Virus record (IMG/VR): IMGVR_UViG_3300031451_000010
Coordinates: 1 to 31,110 of that record
Length of the DNA stretch: 31,110 nt
Direction: 5' to 3' (one strand)
Source of the DNA: a virus
Taxonomy: Duplodnaviria > Caudoviricetes
How positions within the stretch are numbered: position 1 is the first letter of the stretch; each line of letters starts with the position of its first letter. The position numbers were made by a program, and so were the translations under genes. Below the pieces are notes generated by a model. That model was not told the DNA's origin and ran no database searches. It saw only the letters and a list, made by a program, of their open reading frames with translations. Below, one piece after another: positions 16,312 through 25,837 of this stretch.

Positions 16312-19300
16312 TTAACCGTTCCTCAAAGCGGCCCGCTTGGCATTGGCGTGGGCTTCCGCCAGCAGCACCGCCTGTGAGCGCCGGAATGCTTCCGGGTTGG
16401 GCGTGTTGATGTTATACTGGAAATGGTAGTGCGTGTCGCCCTGAGCCGGAGCTGCGGCTGAAGACGGGGCGGCTGAAGACGGAGCGCCCGCGAGGTCCCG
16501 GCTGCTCTCCGCCGTTGTCCTGTCCAGTTGGGAGGAGGAGAAGTCCGCAGGCCGGGCCGCCTCGCCGGTGAGATATGCCTGCCCTGCCGCCTGGTTTGGC
16601 GGGGCGGTACTGCGGGCAAAGTCCGGCATGGTCGGCTTAAAATCCACGAGCGCCGGCGTTGCGGGCGGCGCGAGAGCAGGGATCATGGCCGGAGCAACGG
16701 GCGGCGTGAATGCCGACATCGCGCGCGGCGTGAGCGACGGCACTGCGTCCACAACAGCCCTTGCGTCCGCAAGGGCCGTGGCCCCGGCACTGAAACCCTG
16801 CGCGGCCTTGTCCATGCGGGCGACCGTGACAAAAGACATCGCCGCCACTTTCCCCAAAGCCCCCGTCAAGTCCGGTACGGCGCTCTGCATGTTGGCTTTG
16901 ACTGCCGCCCCCAACACCGGAGCCGCCCCCGCGATTGCCGCCCCCAGCATCGGAGCCGCCGCCCCCGCCACGGCCCGCGCTGCCGCCGCCTGCGCGCCGA
17001 CCGAGGGGGCCTGCGCGGAAACAATCGCCCGGCTGACCGGCGCCGGGACGCTGGCGATTGCCCGGCCCACGGCCGTCGGGTTGGCCGCGAGGCGCGGGGC
17101 TTCGGGCGTCAAGGCGAACGCCATCACGGGGGCAGGCAAGATCACGGGGGCAGGCAAGGGGGATGCAGCAGCGGCGATGGCGTGGCCGTGAAGCGGGGAC
17201 GAGGAGGAGATCGCCCCGCCGAGGACGTTGCTGACCGTTCCGCCGATGACGCTGCCGATGACCCCGCCAAGTCCGGGAATGAACCCGCCCAGGACGCTGC
17301 CGAGGGCGCTGCCAGCCGACGCCCCGAACGCTGTTCCTGCCGCCCCGCCGTGGCTGTCGCTCGCCTTGTTTTTGCCACCCAGTAACCCGCCCAGCAGACC
17401 ACCGACACTGCCGTCCCCGCTGCTCCCGCCAAAAACCCCCGACAGCTTCCGGTTCAGAGCCTGCAAAAGCTGGGACTGCAAATACTCCGTCGCCATGCGG
17501 AGCAGCATCTGCTTGAAGCCGTCCAGGACATTGGTGAAGAAGCCCTTGAAGCCGTGCTCGTAGGCGGCGGTGAAGGCCCCCGAAAGGACGTCCGTGATGC
17601 CCTGCGCGGCCTGATGAGCCAGCGCCATCTTCTGCTGGATGTCGTACAGGTTCTTCGCCTGCGCGTCCGTGTAGGGCATCTTCAGCTTCTGCGTGGCCGG
17701 ATCAAGTTCCAGCAGGCTTGCCTTCCATGCCTCAAAGGGATTGGCGGCCCGCATCTGCAACGCCTGCTTCTGGAGGTCCGCGAGGGCCGCGTTATACTTC
17801 TCCAGGTTCTGTACCTGGACGCCCAGATGGAAGCGGTCCTGCATCTGCGACTGCATGTTCTGGACGAACTGCCCGGTCTTGTCCGATCCCCAAATCTGGT
17901 CAAGCTGCGCGATCCATTCCTGGTTCTGGCGCACCCACTCGACCCCGGCCTGCTTTGCCGGGTCATAGGTCCCGGCGAGCTTCGCCTTCAGGTCGCCGAT
18001 ATCATTCAGCAGCGGGATGCTCTGCGCGGACGCGCCCCGGCGCGCGCTCTCCTCGTCCAGCGCGCGGGCGGCGCCCGTGATGCCGTCAATCCAGTTTTTG
18101 AGGTTCGGCGTTTTGGCGGCGATGGGGTCGTTTGCCAGGAGGTTTGCGATGGCGGCAGTGGCTTTGTCCGTCTCGGTCGCAAGCGGCGTCATGCTGTCCC
18201 GCAGGCGATTGAGCGTGTCGAAGTGAAGCTGGTCCAGGCCCGCCGCGACGTTCGTGAAGTGGACCGCGCTCCCCAGAGACGCCTTCCCCTGTGCGTCCAG
18301 GTCGTCGTATTGCTTCGCGCCGCCCGCCGCCTCCACGACCGCCCTCTGCGGGCGCGGCAGGGACAGCAGGGCCAACTTTTCCTGCAAGAGAACCAGTGTT
18401 TTGGCGAGCGCCTGCTCCTGCATCATTCCGAGGATCGTCCGGGACTGCTGCTGCGACAGGGCAATTTTGGCCGCGATCTGCTGGCGCACGGCGGACGTGA
18501 CGCCCTTCAGGGACAGGACCGAAAGGTCCGCCGTCGTCCGGACCGCGTCATACTTAAACGCCTGTATCTCGGTAGCGCCCGCGTGCAGATTCTGGTCGCG
18601 GGTCAAGGCGACGAGCCGTTCCCGGTAGCCGTCCGTGACACTCTTCACCGCCTTCAGTGCGTCCGCCGTGCGCGCCAGCCCCAGCAGGTGCCGCTTCTGG
18701 CCTTCACTGAGGTCCACGAGGTCCGCGCCCGCCTTCTTGCCCTCGGTGTGGTACAGGTCAAAGGCGAGGGCCGCGTACCGGCTGTCGTCCAGGACCTTCT
18801 TGCCGACCATGATGGGCACGGCGTTGAGTTTTGCGATGTCCCGCAGCAGCCCCGCCGCCGACACTTTGTAGGCACCGGCGAGGTCCTGGGCGTCCTTTTT
18901 GGACTTCTGCGCGATTTCCAGGTTGTCAAGCTGCTGCGCGGCAGCCCGCAGGTGCTTCGCCTGGGCCGGGTCCGCGCCCTTCAGGTCGCCCTGCTTCATC
19001 TCGTAGTTGATCTGGGCGACGTGCGTGGCCCGCTTGTCGCCGTCCGCGCCCATCACCGCCTGCGCCTTTTGGATGGCGATCTGCTTCCCCAGGTTCTCGT
19101 TCGTGCTGGCGATGGCGGCGGCCAAACGCTTCTGGGCTTTTTCGCGCGCGCTGTCGGCGGCGGTCATGTCCGCAAGCATCTTCGCGGTGATCTTGCCGTG
19201 CCCCGCCATCGCCGCGCTTGCCGTGGAAGAAGCCGAGGCAGCGGCGGCGGAACCGGGCACGGAAACCCCCGGTGGCGGCACGAAATACTGGAAGTTCTGC

Positions 19301-22242
19301 GGGGCGAAGTGGTTCGCGCCGTACTGGTCAAAGCGCTCCCCGCGCGGGCCGATGGTCTGCACATGGCCCGACCCGTGCCCCATCGTGGCCGAATACAGCA
19401 GCGAGCCGGGGGGCAGTGCCTGCCCCGGCGTGTACGCCCGCGCCAGCCCCGCCTTCTGGAACCGGTGCAGCGCCTCCAGGGCCGACCCCGCGCCCGAAAA
19501 AACGCCGTCGAAGGCGTGGGTGGAGGTCTGGACGGTTTTGCGGGCCAGTTCCTCGCAGTGGTGGACGTACCCGGCGTAGTCGCCGCTCATCTGCTTCTCG
19601 TAAGCCGCCCGCGCGATGGCGAGGCCGGGCGCGGACGTGTCCAGGGTTGCCGAGGCCCCGTGCGCGTCCGCGCCCGAGATGTGCCGGTAGGCCGCCTCGG
19701 TCTTGTTGAGCTGGTGCAGCGTCCGGGTGTAGGCATCTGTGCCCACGCTGAGATGCGAAAGTTCCCCCCGCAAAGCCGCCATTTTATTCACGAGCGGGGC
19801 GAAGTCAGGCAGGGCGTTCAGGCGGTCCTGCGCGTCGTAGCCTTTGTTCATCTGCCCGGTGATCGCCAGCGCCCCGCCCCCGGCCACAAGCGCAGGCAGG
19901 GCGAGGATACTGCCGCCGATAGCCCCAGCCCCCAGCGCCCCGGCCCCCAGCCCCCCGACACCGCTGTACCCAGCCCCTGCCGCGAGGCCCCCTTCGGCCA
20001 GCCCCATCGCGCCCGGCAGCGCCGCCGCGCCCGCCGCGATCCGGGCGGGGAGGCCGGAGAGCAGCCCCTGCGCTTTGGACAGGAAGCCGCCCGCGCCCGC
20101 CGCCAGCCCGCCGCCGGCCAGGGCGTCCCCGACCGACCCGGCCACGAACTTCTTGCCCAGGAGGCCGATGATCCGGCTCAGTACCCCGCCGACCCCCGCC
20201 AACGGGTTCATTAGGCCGAACGAGGCGATCTTCAGCGCGCCTAGCCCCAGCACGGCCTCTTGCACGGGGGCAGGGAGCCGCGTGAAGACGTCCAGGATTT
20301 TCGTCAGTGCGTCGGCAAACTTGAGGAGGATGGGTTCGGCCCGCTCAAACAACGCCGTCACCTTTTCGCCGGCGGGCAGGAAGTCCGCCTGCACCTTGTC
20401 CACAAGCCGCGCCCATCGCTGATGCTGGGTATTCAGGGTGTCATTGTACGCTTTGGCGACAGGGTCGGTCTTCCCGTTCATGGCGTCCGTGTTGTTGGCG
20501 AGGATGTCCCCGTAGTCCCTTGCCGCCGCGCCCGCCAGGACCATCGCCCCCTGCCCGCCGCGCATGGCCGGGATGAGCTTGGTCACAAGGTCGGTGTTGC
20601 CGCCGACGGCCTTCTGCACGTCGGCCAGGACGCCGCTCAATCCCTTCGCCTTCAGGCCCGCCGCCGAAAAGTCGCGCGCTAGGTCTACGCCGGTGATCTG
20701 GGACAGGGCCTGGATGTTTTTCTGGGCGTCCTTGGCCGGATTGATGATATGCACCATCACGTTCTGGACCTGCGTAGCCGCCTCCGCCGCATCAAAGCCG
20801 TGCCGGGTCAGCGCCGACATCGCCGCCGAAACGTCGGTGAGGGGGACGTGCAGGGCCGCCGCCGTCGCGAACGCCTTCCCCGCCGCCGCATCAAACTGCT
20901 CCAGGGTCGTGTTGCCCTGCGCCGCCGACAGGTGCAGGACGTTCATCGCGCGCCCGGCCTCGGCGGCCGGCAGGTTGAACTCGTGGAGCGTTTTGCCCAG
21001 GATGTCTGCTGTGGAGGCCGCGTCCGTGCCCGTGGCGACGGCGCTCTTCATGGCTTCGCGCAGGATGTCCGTGGACTGGGCCGCCGTGAACCCGAAATTG
21101 GAGACGTGCATGAAGCCTTTGGCAAGGTCGTCAAAGGACGCGCCGCTCTCCTTGCCGAGGCTGAGCACCGTCGCCTTCATCGCCTTCATGTCGCCGTCCG
21201 TCATCGTGGTGTTGTTGCGGATGGTGGTGAGGGAGTAGTCGAGGTCTGTGGCAAGTTTTGCCGCCGCCCCGGACAGAAGCGTGATGCCCGCCGCGCCCGT
21301 GGCGGCGAAGTTCCCGGCCCCGGAAATTGCCCCGGTCAGCGCCTTCATCCGTGCCTGGGACGCCGACGCTGCCGCTTCCTGCTGGGCCAGATACTTCGCC
21401 GCCGCCGACGCCCCGCGCGCGCGGGCTGCTTCCTGGGCGCTTTCCTCCTGAGCGACCGAGGCGTCGTAGGCGCGGGCGGCCTCCTTCTGGGCGGCGGCGA
21501 GGGCGCGGGCGTCGGCCTGCTGCTGGGCCGCCGCTTCCTTGTCCAGCCGGGCGATGCGGTTCGTGGCCGCCGTCCACTCCTCGGAGAACGCCTCGTGCGC
21601 GGCCTGCTGCTCGACCAGGGCCGCGCGGTAGTCGGGCAGCGAGACCGCGCCGTGCTGGTACAGCGTTTCCGCGCGCTGCGGGGCGGCCTGGATCGTCTTC
21701 GTCGCCGCCTCGTAGGCCGCCTGGGACGCGACATGGGGGACGCCGGGGGCCGGGCCGAGCTGCTGGTAGACCTGCCGCGCCTCCGCCGCATTGGTCGCCC
21801 CGGTCGCCTTGTGCGTGGCGGCGACCAGGGCGCGGGCCTGGGACTGGGCCAGGGCCTCATTTTCGGCCAAAAGCTTTGCCGCGTCCGCCGTCATGCCGGA
21901 AAAGACGACGCGGGAGGTGGAGGCGAGGGATTTGAGGGCGGTCTCGCCGCGCGCCGCCGCGTCCGTGAGCGACCGGCCCCAGCGGGTCGCGGAGTCGCCC
22001 GACGCGCGCGCCGCCCCGGTGAAGCCCCCGGCGAGGCTTGCCTGCACGCGGCCCGCCGCGCGGGAGGCGTCGCGCGACATGGCGTTCCAGGCGTCCGAGG
22101 AGGCGGCCTGGGACGACTTCGCCTGCTCCCCGGTCGTCCGGGCGAACCGCACCAGCCGCGTTTCGGCCTGCGCCATGCCCCGGTCCAAGCCCGAAACATC
22201 CGCGCCGATCTCGACCTGAAGCTGTGCTACCTCAATTGGCAT
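16312..22242 (-). CDS. Tail tape measure protein (TP901-type core)
   Basis: 1976 aa, Ala-rich and helical; N-terminal VAQLQVEIGAD; follows the tail assembly chaperone; C-terminal FRRSQAVL. Confidence 0.92.
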   Translation of the reverse strand: MPIEVAQLQVEIGADVSGLDRGMAQAETRLVRFARTTGEQAKSSQAASSDAWNAMSRDASRAAGRVQASLAGGFTGAARASGDSATRWGRSLTDAAARGETALKSLASTSRVVFSGMTADAAKLLAENEALAQSQARALVAATHKATGATNAAEARQVYQQLGPAPGVPHVASQAAYEAATKTIQAAPQRAETLYQHGAVSLPDYRAALVEQQAAHEAFSEEWTAATNRIARLDKEAAAQQQADARALAAAQKEAARAYDASVAQEESAQEAARARGASAAAKYLAQQEAAASASQARMKALTGAISGAGNFAATGAAGITLLSGAAAKLATDLDYSLTTIRNNTTMTDGDMKAMKATVLSLGKESGASFDDLAKGFMHVSNFGFTAAQSTDILREAMKSAVATGTDAASTADILGKTLHEFNLPAAEAGRAMNVLHLSAAQGNTTLEQFDAAAGKAFATAAALHVPLTDVSAAMSALTRHGFDAAEAATQVQNVMVHIINPAKDAQKNIQALSQITGVDLARDFSAAGLKAKGLSGVLADVQKAVGGNTDLVTKLIPAMRGGQGAMVLAGAAARDYGDILANNTDAMNGKTDPVAKAYNDTLNTQHQRWARLVDKVQADFLPAGEKVTALFERAEPILLKFADALTKILDVFTRLPAPVQEAVLGLGALKIASFGLMNPLAGVGGVLSRIIGLLGKKFVAGSVGDALAGGGLAAGAGGFLSKAQGLLSGLPARIAAGAAALPGAMGLAEGGLAAGAGYSGVGGLGAGALGAGAIGGSILALPALVAGGGALAITGQMNKGYDAQDRLNALPDFAPLVNKMAALRGELSHLSVGTDAYTRTLHQLNKTEAAYRHISGADAHGASATLDTSAPGLAIARAAYEKQMSGDYAGYVHHCEELARKTVQTSTHAFDGVFSGAGSALEALHRFQKAGLARAYTPGQALPPGSLLYSATMGHGSGHVQTIGPRGERFDQYGANHFAPQNFQYFVPPPGVSVPGSAAAASASSTASAAMAGHGKITAKMLADMTAADSAREKAQKRLAAAIASTNENLGKQIAIQKAQAVMGADGDKRATHVAQINYEMKQGDLKGADPAQAKHLRAAAQQLDNLEIAQKSKKDAQDLAGAYKVSAAGLLRDIAKLNAVPIMVGKKVLDDSRYAALAFDLYHTEGKKAGADLVDLSEGQKRHLLGLARTADALKAVKSVTDGYRERLVALTRDQNLHAGATEIQAFKYDAVRTTADLSVLSLKGVTSAVRQQIAAKIALSQQQSRTILGMMQEQALAKTLVLLQEKLALLSLPRPQRAVVEAAGGAKQYDDLDAQGKASLGSAVHFTNVAAGLDQLHFDTLNRLRDSMTPLATETDKATAAIANLLANDPIAAKTPNLKNWIDGITGAARALDEESARRGASAQSIPLLNDIGDLKAKLAGTYDPAKQAGVEWVRQNQEWIAQLDQIWGSDKTGQFVQNMQSQMQDRFHLGVQVQNLEKYNAALADLQKQALQMRAANPFEAWKASLLELDPATQKLKMPYTDAQAKNLYDIQQKMALAHQAAQGITDVLSGAFTAAYEHGFKGFFTNVLDGFKQMLLRMATEYLQSQLLQALNRKLSGVFGGSSGDGSVGGLLGGLLGGKNKASDSHGGAAGTAFGASAGSALGSVLGGFIPGLGGVIGSVIGGTVSNVLGGAISSSSPLHGHAIAAAASPLPAPVILPAPVMAFALTPEAPRLAANPTAVGRAIASVPAPVSRAIVSAQAPSVGAQAAAARAVAGAAAPMLGAAIAGAAPVLGAAVKANMQSAVPDLTGALGKVAAMSFVTVARMDKAAQGFSAGATALADARAVVDAVPSLTPRAMSAFTPPVAPAMIPALAPPATPALVDFKPTMPDFARSTAPPNQAAGQAYLTGEAARPADFSSSQLDRTTAESSRDLAGAPSSAAPSSAAAPAQGDTHYHFQYNINTPNPEAFRRSQAVLLAEAHANAKRAALRNG

Positions 22243-22248
22243 GGTGAA

Positions 22249-22338
22249 AGCCTAAGAGATTGAGAGCCTAAGAGATTGAGAGCCTAAGAGATTGAGAGCC
22301 TAAGAGATTGAGAGCCTAAGAGATTGAGAGCCTAAGAG
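22249..22338. repeat. 16-bp tandem array x5.6 (AGCCTAAGAGATTGAG)
   Basis: Perfect intergenic repeats ending 6 nt before the tape measure ATG. Confidence 0.95.
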
Positions 22339-22375
22339 CAGCGCTCAAAAGAGGCAAGAGCCGGCAGCGACCCGG

Positions 22376-22926
22376 CTACCGGCTTCGGGCGCGCGCGTCG
22401 TGTTCGGCGCGGCGCTCCAATTCGGCCTCCACGGACCGCTTGACGCCCATCACGGTGATGGCGTGATCGCGCCAGTAGGACGGCATTTGCTCCATTTCCC
22501 ACGGCGGGCAGTGACAATAGTGCGCGGCTTCCAGGAGCAGAAACCAGTCCGGGATTTCGCCCGACCGCCCGCCGGTTAGAAGGTATCGTCGGAGCCGTCG
22601 GACGCTGTCGCGTTTGGGCGCTGGTCCTCCGCCAGAGCTTCCACGATCTTGGCCTGCGCTTCAATGGACAAGAGTTCGTCCAGAGTTTGCGCGCTGAGGG
22701 GGACGGGGCTGCCGTCGTCGTCCACCACGTCCCACGAGCGCAGCACTTTTCCCAGCATCAGGGCGAGCGAATGGCCGGGGCGCGAGCGCCGCACTTCCTC
22801 CATCTCTGCTTCCAATTTGGGCGTGTAGTCGGCTCTGGAGTAGACCACGTTCAGGGTCTCACCCTCCCCGAACGGGATGGCAAGCGATTTGTCGCCGCCG
22901 TTGAGCTTCTTCAGTTTGATCGGCAT
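22376..22926 (-). CDS. Tail assembly chaperone, long form (gpGT-like) made by -1 frameshift
   Basis: Slippery C CCA AAC at 22618-22612. The -1 frame is open: RDSVRRLRRYLLTGGRSGEIPDWFLLLEAAHYCHCPPWEM...RARSR*, stop TAG at 22376-22378. Confidence 0.75.
22576..22926 (-). CDS. Tail assembly chaperone, short form (gpG-like)
   Basis: LRSWDVVDDDGSPVPLS motif; lies between tail tube and tape measure. Confidence 0.8.
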   Translation of the reverse strand: MPIKLKKLNGGDKSLAIPFGEGETLNVVYSRADYTPKLEAEMEEVRRSRPGHSLALMLGKVLRSWDVVDDDGSPVPLSAQTLDELLSIEAQAKIVEALAEDQRPNATASDGSDDTF

Positions 22927-22973
22927 GATGTTTTTCTTTCAGTCAGTTTTCAGGCGTTCAGTTCAGCCCCAGA

Positions 22974-23309
22974 TTAATTCAGCCCCAATCGGGCGAGGAC
23001 GTATTCGCTGACAGCATTGGGGGACACAGTACTCAGGGTGCGGAAGGCGTCCGTGATATAGCCGCGCAGGAGCAGTTCCCCCAGCGCCTGCCCTTCCGGG
23101 CCAATCTGGGCCAGCACAAAGTCCGCCACCTGGTTTGCAGTCTCCGTCCGCGTGGCTCCAAGCCTGAGCACCCCCCATGCGTTGCGTATTGCGCCATCCA
23201 CCTTGCTGCGGGCAATCGCCCGCACAAGAGGCTGGGACTGCGCGGCCTGCTTGTTGAGGGACCGGCCCAGCGGCCCCTGATGGGACAAAAGATTACTCAG
23301 CCAGGACAT
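22974..23309 (-). CDS. Hypothetical protein
   Basis: 111 aa ORF with GAGGGG RBS that fills the operon gap. Confidence 0.6.
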   Translation of the reverse strand: MSWLSNLLSHQGPLGRSLNKQAAQSQPLVRAIARSKVDGAIRNAWGVLRLGATRTETANQVADFVLAQIGPEGQALGELLLRGYITDAFRTLSTVSPNAVSEYVLARLGLN

Positions 23310-23331
23310 CGCGGATACCCCTCACCACCGC

Positions 23332-23369
23332 CTAAAGGGTGGAAATCTTGCTAAAGGGTGGAAATCTTG
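23332..23369. repeat. 19-bp duplication ending exactly at the tail tube stop
   Basis: CTAAAGGGTGGAAATCTTG x2. Confidence 0.9.
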
Positions 23370-24814
23370 TTGATCAGACTGAACTGCCCCAGGCCGAAGT
23401 TCTCATCGTCGGCGATGTCAAAGGTGAACGTGTTGCCGTACACGTCGTTTTTGTTGCCGGGGTCCGGGGTCATCACGCGGACGGGGAGTTGCGCCTTGAA
23501 CTGGTGGTAGATGTTGGGCGTCCCGGCCTCGATCATCGGGCCGGTCGCCTTCAGCCCCAGATGCACCACCTGGTTGTCGTACAGCCGGGCCATGTAGAGG
23601 TCGGCTTCCGTGCCCTCCTCCGTCGTGATCTTCGCGCCGAAGTCGGGCGCAAGCTCCACAGTGTCGTCGTAAGAGGAGGTCGCGTCGGTGACGTGGAACA
23701 CGGGCTTCCACAGGGACAGAAGTCGGATTTCGCCGTCCAGGGTTTTGTTCAGCTGGTTAAAGGTCACGCCGCCATCCGTGGACAGCCACACGCTGAGGGC
23801 GACCGGGCTGACGGCGAGCGGGGGGAGGACGGGGAGCGGGGTCGTCATCGTGATGTTCCGCTGGAGCCTCGTGCCGAATATCTGCCCGTCCATGCTGGCG
23901 TCTTCGGGCGTCCAGGTCAGGTGGCAGCCGCCGACAAAGCCCCAGCCGAACTTCTCCGCCCCGCGCGCGCTGCCCTGCTCGAAGGTCAGGGTGGACTGCA
24001 CGCCCGGCTGGACCGGCGAGGGCTTCCACAGCCGCTGCCGCCCGGCGACGCCCACGGTCGTGGGGGCCACGTCCCCGAACAGCGAGGAAAGGACTAGGTA
24101 GAGCAGGTTGAAGTCCATCGCGCCGGTGAAGGACGCTTCCGTGTGCTCGTGGCCGACCTGCCCGTCCGTGTAGGCTTTGGAACCGCTATGGCGCACACCC
24201 TTTTTGGGGATGATCTGCTTGGGCTGCATCTCCATGTTTTTCAGGCGGATGGTGGCGGGCACGAGCAGGCCCGGCGTGGTTTCCCGCCCGACCTGGATGC
24301 CCTGGTATACGAAAGCGCGTGCCATGCTGTAAATCCCCCCTTGCGAAAGTGTCGCCGCAGCGACGTTGGACGGCGAACTTTCCGCTACGTCCGGGCCTGA
24401 AGACGCGGTGCCCAGCGCGGTCACGATGTATTGGTAGCGGACGTCGTTCTCGGTCGCGTAGTCATCGAAGCTCAGTGCGGACGTTTCCGCCATCCGCACG
24501 AAGGCCCCGATGTCCGGGTTCAGCCGCCACACCCGGTAGCTCGCCGCGCAGGACACCGGCGTCCAGGACAGGCGGATGTGGTTCACGCCCGTGCCGCCCG
24601 TCGCGGTCAGCGCCGTCGGGTCGATCATCGCGACGGCGGCGGTCGCCGAGGGCGCGCTGTCCTGCCCGTTTTCGGTCGCGGTGACGTAGTAGTAGACGAT
24701 CCGGCCAGACGGCTCGCCGGTCCCGGCATAGGCCGGTGTCGTCAGCCCGCTCACCACCAGCGAGAACGGTCCGCCGGGCTGCGAGGCGCGGTACAGGCTG
24801 TATGTTCGCGCCAC
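23351..24814 (-). CDS. Major tail tube protein with N-terminal half-FN3 plus FN3; internal in-frame start at 24325
   Basis: GGAGGAGG RBS with GTG 24814; FN3 W/Y pattern; then GGGGGG RBS with ATG 24325 (MARAFVYQGIQVGRETTPG, tube-like). Position between tail terminator and chaperone. Confidence 0.75.
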   Translation of the reverse strand: MARTYSLYRASQPGGPFSLVVSGLTTPAYAGTGEPSGRIVYYYVTATENGQDSAPSATAAVAMIDPTALTATGGTGVNHIRLSWTPVSCAASYRVWRLNPDIGAFVRMAETSALSFDDYATENDVRYQYIVTALGTASSGPDVAESSPSNVAAATLSQGGIYSMARAFVYQGIQVGRETTPGLLVPATIRLKNMEMQPKQIIPKKGVRHSGSKAYTDGQVGHEHTEASFTGAMDFNLLYLVLSSLFGDVAPTTVGVAGRQRLWKPSPVQPGVQSTLTFEQGSARGAEKFGWGFVGGCHLTWTPEDASMDGQIFGTRLQRNITMTTPLPVLPPLAVSPVALSVWLSTDGGVTFNQLNKTLDGEIRLLSLWKPVFHVTDATSSYDDTVELAPDFGAKITTEEGTEADLYMARLYDNQVVHLGLKATGPMIEAGTPNIYHQFKAQLPVRVMTPDPGNKNDVYGNTFTFDIADDENFGLGQFSLINKISTL

Positions 24815-24842
24815 CGCGCCTCCTCCGGGCCTTCAGTCCAGG

Positions 24843-24932
24843 GTCTTCAGTCCTGCGTGTGTCTTCAGTCCTGCGTGTGTCTTCAGTCCTGCGTGTGTCT
24901 TCAGTCCTGCGTGTGTCTTCAGTCCTGCGTGT
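24843..24932. repeat. 18-bp tandem array x5 (GTCTTCAGTCCTGCGTGT)
   Basis: Perfect repeats of T-Q-D-stop; partial copy at 24831-24839. Confidence 0.95.
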
Positions 24933-25371
24933 AGGCGAAGACGGAATACATGCCGCCCTGGTGGACGTGCTCCACGCCGTCCGCCTCGTCCATGTATTGC
25001 ACCGGGTCCGTGCGGGACACGCCGATCACGGTGGGGTCGTCCCGGTCCTGGGCCTGCTGCAAGAGGGCGTCTATGCGGTCGGCGATCCGCCCGACGGCGG
25101 TGAAGTCCTCGCCGACGTCAATCCCCTTGACCTGGTACAGAAGCCGGGTGCACACGCGCGCCCCGCCGGTCCCCCGCCGGTCCCGCCCGCTGTGGAAGGC
25201 GAAGACCACGCAGGGGAAGCCGCCGTCCTGGGGCACGCGCATCTCGTAAATGCGGCCCGCCACCAGGCTGTCCAGCCCCCGGTACGCCCGCCCCCGCCCG
25301 TCCACGCCGTCCGGGTCGTGGGCGAGCCGCTCGTAAATCCACGCCGCGACCGGGTTGAGTTCGCTCGCCAT
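24919..25371 (-). CDS. Tail terminator-like protein
   Basis: LVAGRIY..PQDGGFPCVVF..IADRIDALL; position before the tube; ATG 25371 directly after the upstream stop. Confidence 0.7.
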   Translation of the reverse strand: MASELNPVAAWIYERLAHDPDGVDGRGRAYRGLDSLVAGRIYEMRVPQDGGFPCVVFAFHSGRDRRGTGGARVCTRLLYQVKGIDVGEDFTAVGRIADRIDALLQQAQDRDDPTVIGVSRTDPVQYMDEADGVEHVHQGGMYSVFAYTQD

Positions 25372-25373
25372 CG

Positions 25374-25808
25374 CTAGTCCTGGGCCGCCTGCGCGACCGC
25401 CTGCCGCATGGCGGCCTCGTAGTCTTCCGCGTGCGCGGCGGCGGCGGGCTGCAAGAACGGCTGCGGGGCCTGCCGCGCCGTCCCCCGCTCCACCCACAGA
25501 CCGTACCGGACGCCGACTACGACCAAGGCGAGAAGCGCGTGGGCTGCGTCCGGTTCTACCGGCTCAAATAGCTCCGCCTTCGGGTCGGCGGCAGAAGCGT
25601 CTTCCCCCGCCTGCCCCGCGCCGCCGTGACCCTCCGCGACGGTGTAAATGGAGGCGCGCATCGCTCCGGTGTCCACGGCGGCCCGGAGTTTGGCGTCGGC
25701 TTCCACGTCCAGGGCGGTCTTTCGCACGACTTGCGCGGCGCGCTCTTTGACGCTCCCGGTCACCCGTCCTAAATTGTTATGGAGCACCTTCGTGCTGAGT
25801 GTCAGCAT
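25374..25808 (-). CDS. HK97 gp10-like tail completion protein
   Basis: AKLRAAVDTGAMRASI..YGLWVERGT..PQPFLQPA. Confidence 0.85.
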   Translation of the reverse strand: MLTLSTKVLHNNLGRVTGSVKERAAQVVRKTALDVEADAKLRAAVDTGAMRASIYTVAEGHGGAGQAGEDASAADPKAELFEPVEPDAAHALLALVVVGVRYGLWVERGTARQAPQPFLQPAAAAHAEDYEAAMRQAVAQAAQD

Positions 25809-25837
25809 CAGAAACCTCTCCGGCTACTGGCCGGACC

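Noticed and set aside
17554-22263. Long plus-strand ORFs (886 aa, 504 aa and others)
   Set aside because: GC-rich antisense shadows of the tape measure gene with no recognisable motifs.
22332-22664. 110-aa ORF as the chaperone extension, with the 16-bp array anchored on its stop
   Set aside because: Wrong frame; the -1 frame ending at 22376 gives the protein-like extension.
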